Source: Eledone cirrhosa (Eukaryota). Taken from it: a DNA stretch of 64,000 nucleotides. Location: the NCBI GenBank assembly GCA_964016885.1, contig OZ024740.1, positions 332,320,001-332,384,000 of the forward strand. The letters are read 5' to 3'. The translations under genes were made by a program, and so were the position numbers. The notes below the pieces were generated by a model. The model saw only the letters and a program-made list of their open reading frames with translations, did not search any database and was not told the DNA's origin. Positions within the stretch are counted from its first letter, which is position 1. The number at the start of each line of letters is the position of its first letter. Below are positions 60,773 to 64,000 of this stretch, piece after piece.

Positions 60773-62639
60773 CCAGAAGATGCTGTTTGGACAGCTTGAG
60801 GGGAAAGAAAGAGGCAACGACTTGATCCCTGGGGCGGAACAAGCTAAAACATTCTGGAGAGGAATATGGGAGCAGGATGTTAGACACAATGCCCAGGCAG
60901 GGTGGATTGAGACAGTACCGAGGGAGATCGGTGAGAAGGCACAACAACAGACTGATTTGAGTATCACAGTTGAAACTCTTAAGGGGCAAGCCAAAAAACT
61001 AACCAACTGGAAATCACCAGGCCCAGATGGTGTGCAGGGGTATTGGATTAAACATTTAACATCCCTCCACCCGAAGCTGACGGCCATGTTCAATGACTGC
61101 TTGGTGTCGGGTGAGGTGCCAGAGTGGTTGACAAAAGGTACCACAGTTCTGATAATGAAAGACCGAATCAAGGGTAATGATGTTACCAACTATAGACCTA
61201 TCACATGTCTGCCCGTAATGTGGAAACTGTTGACGAGCATTGTGTCTGAGAAAATCTACCATCACCTCATCACAAACAACTTGTTACCGGACGAACAGAA
61301 AGGATGCCGAAAGAAGTCACGTGGTACAAAGGACCAGTTGCTTATTGATAAGATGGTAATGGGGAATTGCAGGAGGAGACACACTGATCTTGCCATGGGA
61401 TGGATAGACTACAGAAAGGCATTTGACATGGTGCCTCATTCCTGGATCACCAAAAGCCTGGAGATCTTCAGGGTGGCAGATAACATCAGACAGTTGCTGG
61501 GCAGGAGTATGGGGTCCTGGGAGACAGAGTTGACATCAACTGGAGTATCCTTGGGAAGCGTGAAGATCAAGAGAGGTATCTTCCAGGGAGATATCCTGTC
61601 CCCTCTGTTGTTTGTCCTTGCCCTGATGCCCTTGACCATTATGCTGCGAAAAGTGAGAGCAGGATACAAGTTGGGAAGGGGAGAGCTTACCATCAATCAC
61701 CTCCTCTTCATGGACGATCTTAAGCTCTTCGGGAAAAGTGAGAAGGAGTTGGATGTGCTTGTTGACACTGTCCGTATTTTCAGCAGTGATATATGTATGC
61801 AGTTTGGTATTGGTAAATGTGGAGTCATTGTGATGAAGAGGGGTAGGTTGAGCAGAAGTAACGGGATCCAGATACCAACAGGTGAGATGATAAAGGAAAT
61901 TGACTCTGAGGAAGGATACAAGTATTTGGGCGTTCTGGAGGCTGATGGCATAAAGAACAAAAAAATGAAGGAATTGTTAAGAACTGAATACATTCGGAGA
62001 GTAAGGAGCGTATTGAAGTCACATCTGAACAGCAGAAATGCCATAAGCGCAGTAAATTCCCGAGCTGTGTCTATTATTAGGTACAGTGCGGGAATTCTGA
62101 AATGGAATGTTGCTGAACAAAAAGAAATGGATAGGAAGACTAGGAAGCTATTGACTATCTACAACATGTTCCACAAGAGGAGTGATGTCGATAGACTCTA
62201 CCTAAGGAGATCTGAGGGTGGAAGAGGTCTTATCAGCATAGAGGACTGTGTTCAGATGGAGAAAAACAACCTATACAAATACGTGACCTATAGTAAGGAG
62301 CCAATGCTCAGAGCTGTACTGAAGGAGGGGACAGTAGGCCAGGGGATATCCAAGGAGGAAATAACATCAAGGAGGAAGAGCAGCCTTAAGGGAAAATCCC
62401 TTCATAGTACCTTCTTTGAGAAAACTGAATTTAGAGATCCACAGACATGGAACTGGTTGAGAAGAGGAGACCTCAAAAAGGCTACAGAAGGAATGCTAAT
62501 GGCTGCGCAGGAGCAGGCCCTCAAAACGAAGTGGTTGAAGCACCATATCTACAAGGAGGAGGCTAGCCCACTGTGCAGGATCTGTGGAGAGAGAGAGAGG
62601 AGACTGTGGCTCACATTGTGTCCGAGTGTAAACACCTAG
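60768..62639 (+). CDS. Dong/R4 ORF, reverse transcriptase part (no true start; the ATG at 60705 and poly-N come from the flanking microsatellite)
   Basis: NWKSPGPDG, NYRPITCL, EQKGC, IDYRKAFDMVPHSW, RGIFQGD.LSPLLF, HLLFMDDLKLF, YKYLG, RLYL.R.EGGRGL. Confidence 0.95.
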
Positions 62640-63148
62640 CCCAGACCCACTATAAGGGCTGGAGACACGATGTGATGGGCAGGGTGATCCACTGGCACCT
62701 GTGCAAAGTAAACAATCTACCACATTCTGAGAAATGGTATGAGCATAGGCCAGAGGCGGTGATGGAGAACAGTCAGGTGAAGGTGCTGTGGGATTTTAGG
62801 ATACAGACGGACAAAAAACTGGAACACAATAGACCTGACCTGGTGGTTGTGGACAAAGAAAAAAGATCGTGCCTGATTGTGGATGTGGCCTGCCCGTTCG
62901 ACACGAGAGTGCAAGAGAAGGAGAGGGAGAAAATTAACCGATACCAGGACCTAAAGTGGGAGGTGAAAAGGATTTGGAACTGCCATGAAGTCAAAGTGAT
63001 CCCGATTGTCATAGGCGCACTGGGGACTATCTCCAAAGGTTTCCAGGGATGGTTAAAGAAAATCGGCCCCTTCACGCTTTTTGGAACGCTTCAAAAGGCA
63101 TGCTTGCTTGGAACGGCAAGAACCCTCCGATACGTCCTGAATATCTGA
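62594..63148 (+). CDS. Dong/R4 ORF, zinc knuckle + RLE endonuclease part (after a +2 frameshift)
   Basis: CRICGE|REETVAHIVSEC, RHD, RPDLVVVD...IVDVACPFD...EK..RY, IPIVIGALG. Confidence 0.93.
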   Translation, partial: REETVAHIVSECKHLAQTHYKGWRHDVMGRVIHWHLCKVNNLPHSEKWYEHRPEAVMENSQVKVLWDFRIQTDKKLEHNRPDLVVVDKEKRSCLIVDVACPFDTRVQEKEREKINRYQDLKWEVKRIWNCHEVKVIPIVIGALGTISKGFQGWLKKIGPFTLFGTLQKACLLGTARTLRYVLNI

Positions 63149-63234
63149 GGCTGCAGGTAGTGGCTTGATATTCAATCCAACGGACTTTCCAGTTAACCAA
63201 CATCAATGACTGAGATTCAAAGAATAACAATAAC

Positions 63235-63301
<67 letters not shown>

Positions 63302-63514
63302 TTGAAAAATGTCATCTGGGACAAGATACTCTTCACTTCTCGTTCAATAAATAAACTTTGTAATTGAAAGTAATCAATATAATAATGCAGCCTCTTAAAT
63401 TATATATATATTGCCATTTGCTAATCGCTTTACTGTGTCGGTTGTCACAAACAGTAATGACCGGCATGGGCCGGTGTTTGGATTCTGTCGATCGATTGGT
63501 TATTGATTAGGCGA

Positions 63515-63627
63515 TACCCGCTGATGAAGCCGCATAAGCCGATTGTGCATTGTTGCATAATATATGCAGAGAGGTGGTGCAGTGCACCTTACTGCTGCAT
63601 TAGCGCGGCAGAAACTCGAGTCCGGTA
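63515..63627 (+). ncRNA. Type I hammerhead with long branched stem II
   Basis: (t)acccg-CTGATGA(63521)-aGCCGC..(about 70 nt)..GCGGCa-GAAA(63611)-CTCGAG-TC-cggta; followed by a TACTC...GAGTGC hairpin (63682-63718) and a tail ending in (TTA)n(TA)n. Confidence 0.85.
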
Positions 63628-63770
63628 ACCTTATAGGCACCCGTTTTACGTGTGTTGTGTTGGGGCAAATAACTATGTGTATACTCTCGTAATGTATCTT
63701 ACATTGCCTATTGAGTGCGCTGAGATACAACCGGTACTGGCATTGATAAATATGTTGGGTCCGTCAACCC

Positions 63771-63832
<62 letters not shown>

Positions 63833-63938
63833 AAAAGAAAATTTCGTTCTACATGGGTGAATACAATAAATGTAATATGTGTTTTTGAAAATTGCATATA
63901 TTTTCACTATACTTGACAGTTTGGCATTTGAACAGTTT

Positions 63939-63984
63939 GCTGTACTGATGAAGGGTGATACCAAGAAACATTAGTGTCTGCAGT
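63939..63984 (+). ncRNA. Compact type I hammerhead with canonical core
   Basis: gctgta-CTGATGA(63945)-agGGTgatACCaa-GAAA(63965)-CATTAGTG-TC-tgcagt; 6-bp stem I, GUC triplet. Confidence 0.8.
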
Positions 63985-64000
63985 CCTGCTCGCATGCCAA

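Larger units (their letters stand above)
60768..63270 (+). mobile_element. R4/Dong-clade non-LTR retrotransposon, 5'-truncated, inserted in (AAT)n
   Basis: RT + CCHC zinc knuckle + restriction-like endonuclease; about 75-nt 3' UTR; (AAT)n on both sides. Confidence 0.95.

Overview
AT-rich, microsatellite-saturated animal genomic DNA. The SINE families and repeat landscape look like octopus (coleoid cephalopod); this is an inference. The only host coding sequence I can support is one 249-nt minus-strand exon (31492-31740) encoding part of the amino-terminal domain of an AMPA-type ionotropic glutamate receptor, so most or all of the window is probably giant intron. Nearly all other ORFs in the track are microsatellite artefacts. 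The rest is a mobile-element landscape: three Hydra-clade-like Penelope-like elements (PLEs, GIY-YIG with a CxCx5C linker), a young 5'-truncated R4/Dong LINE in (AAT)n, an RTE-clade LINE whose copies are mostly 5'-inverted, CR1 and old Dong relics, tRNA SINEs, an intact non-autonomous Helitron and a hAT MITE. The most striking signal is a swarm of short, sequence-diverse non-coding elements embedded in (TA)n. They share one architecture: type I hammerhead ribozyme (HHR), then 45-70 nt, then a conserved ACTC...GAGT(R)C hairpin, then a 45-80 nt tail. They are usually laid down as fold-back inverted repeats whose short arm stops a few nt before that hairpin. About 20 intact, variant or decayed HHR motifs were read by eye. 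All structures are manual predictions; no searches or folding programs were run, and element boundaries may be off by a few nt.
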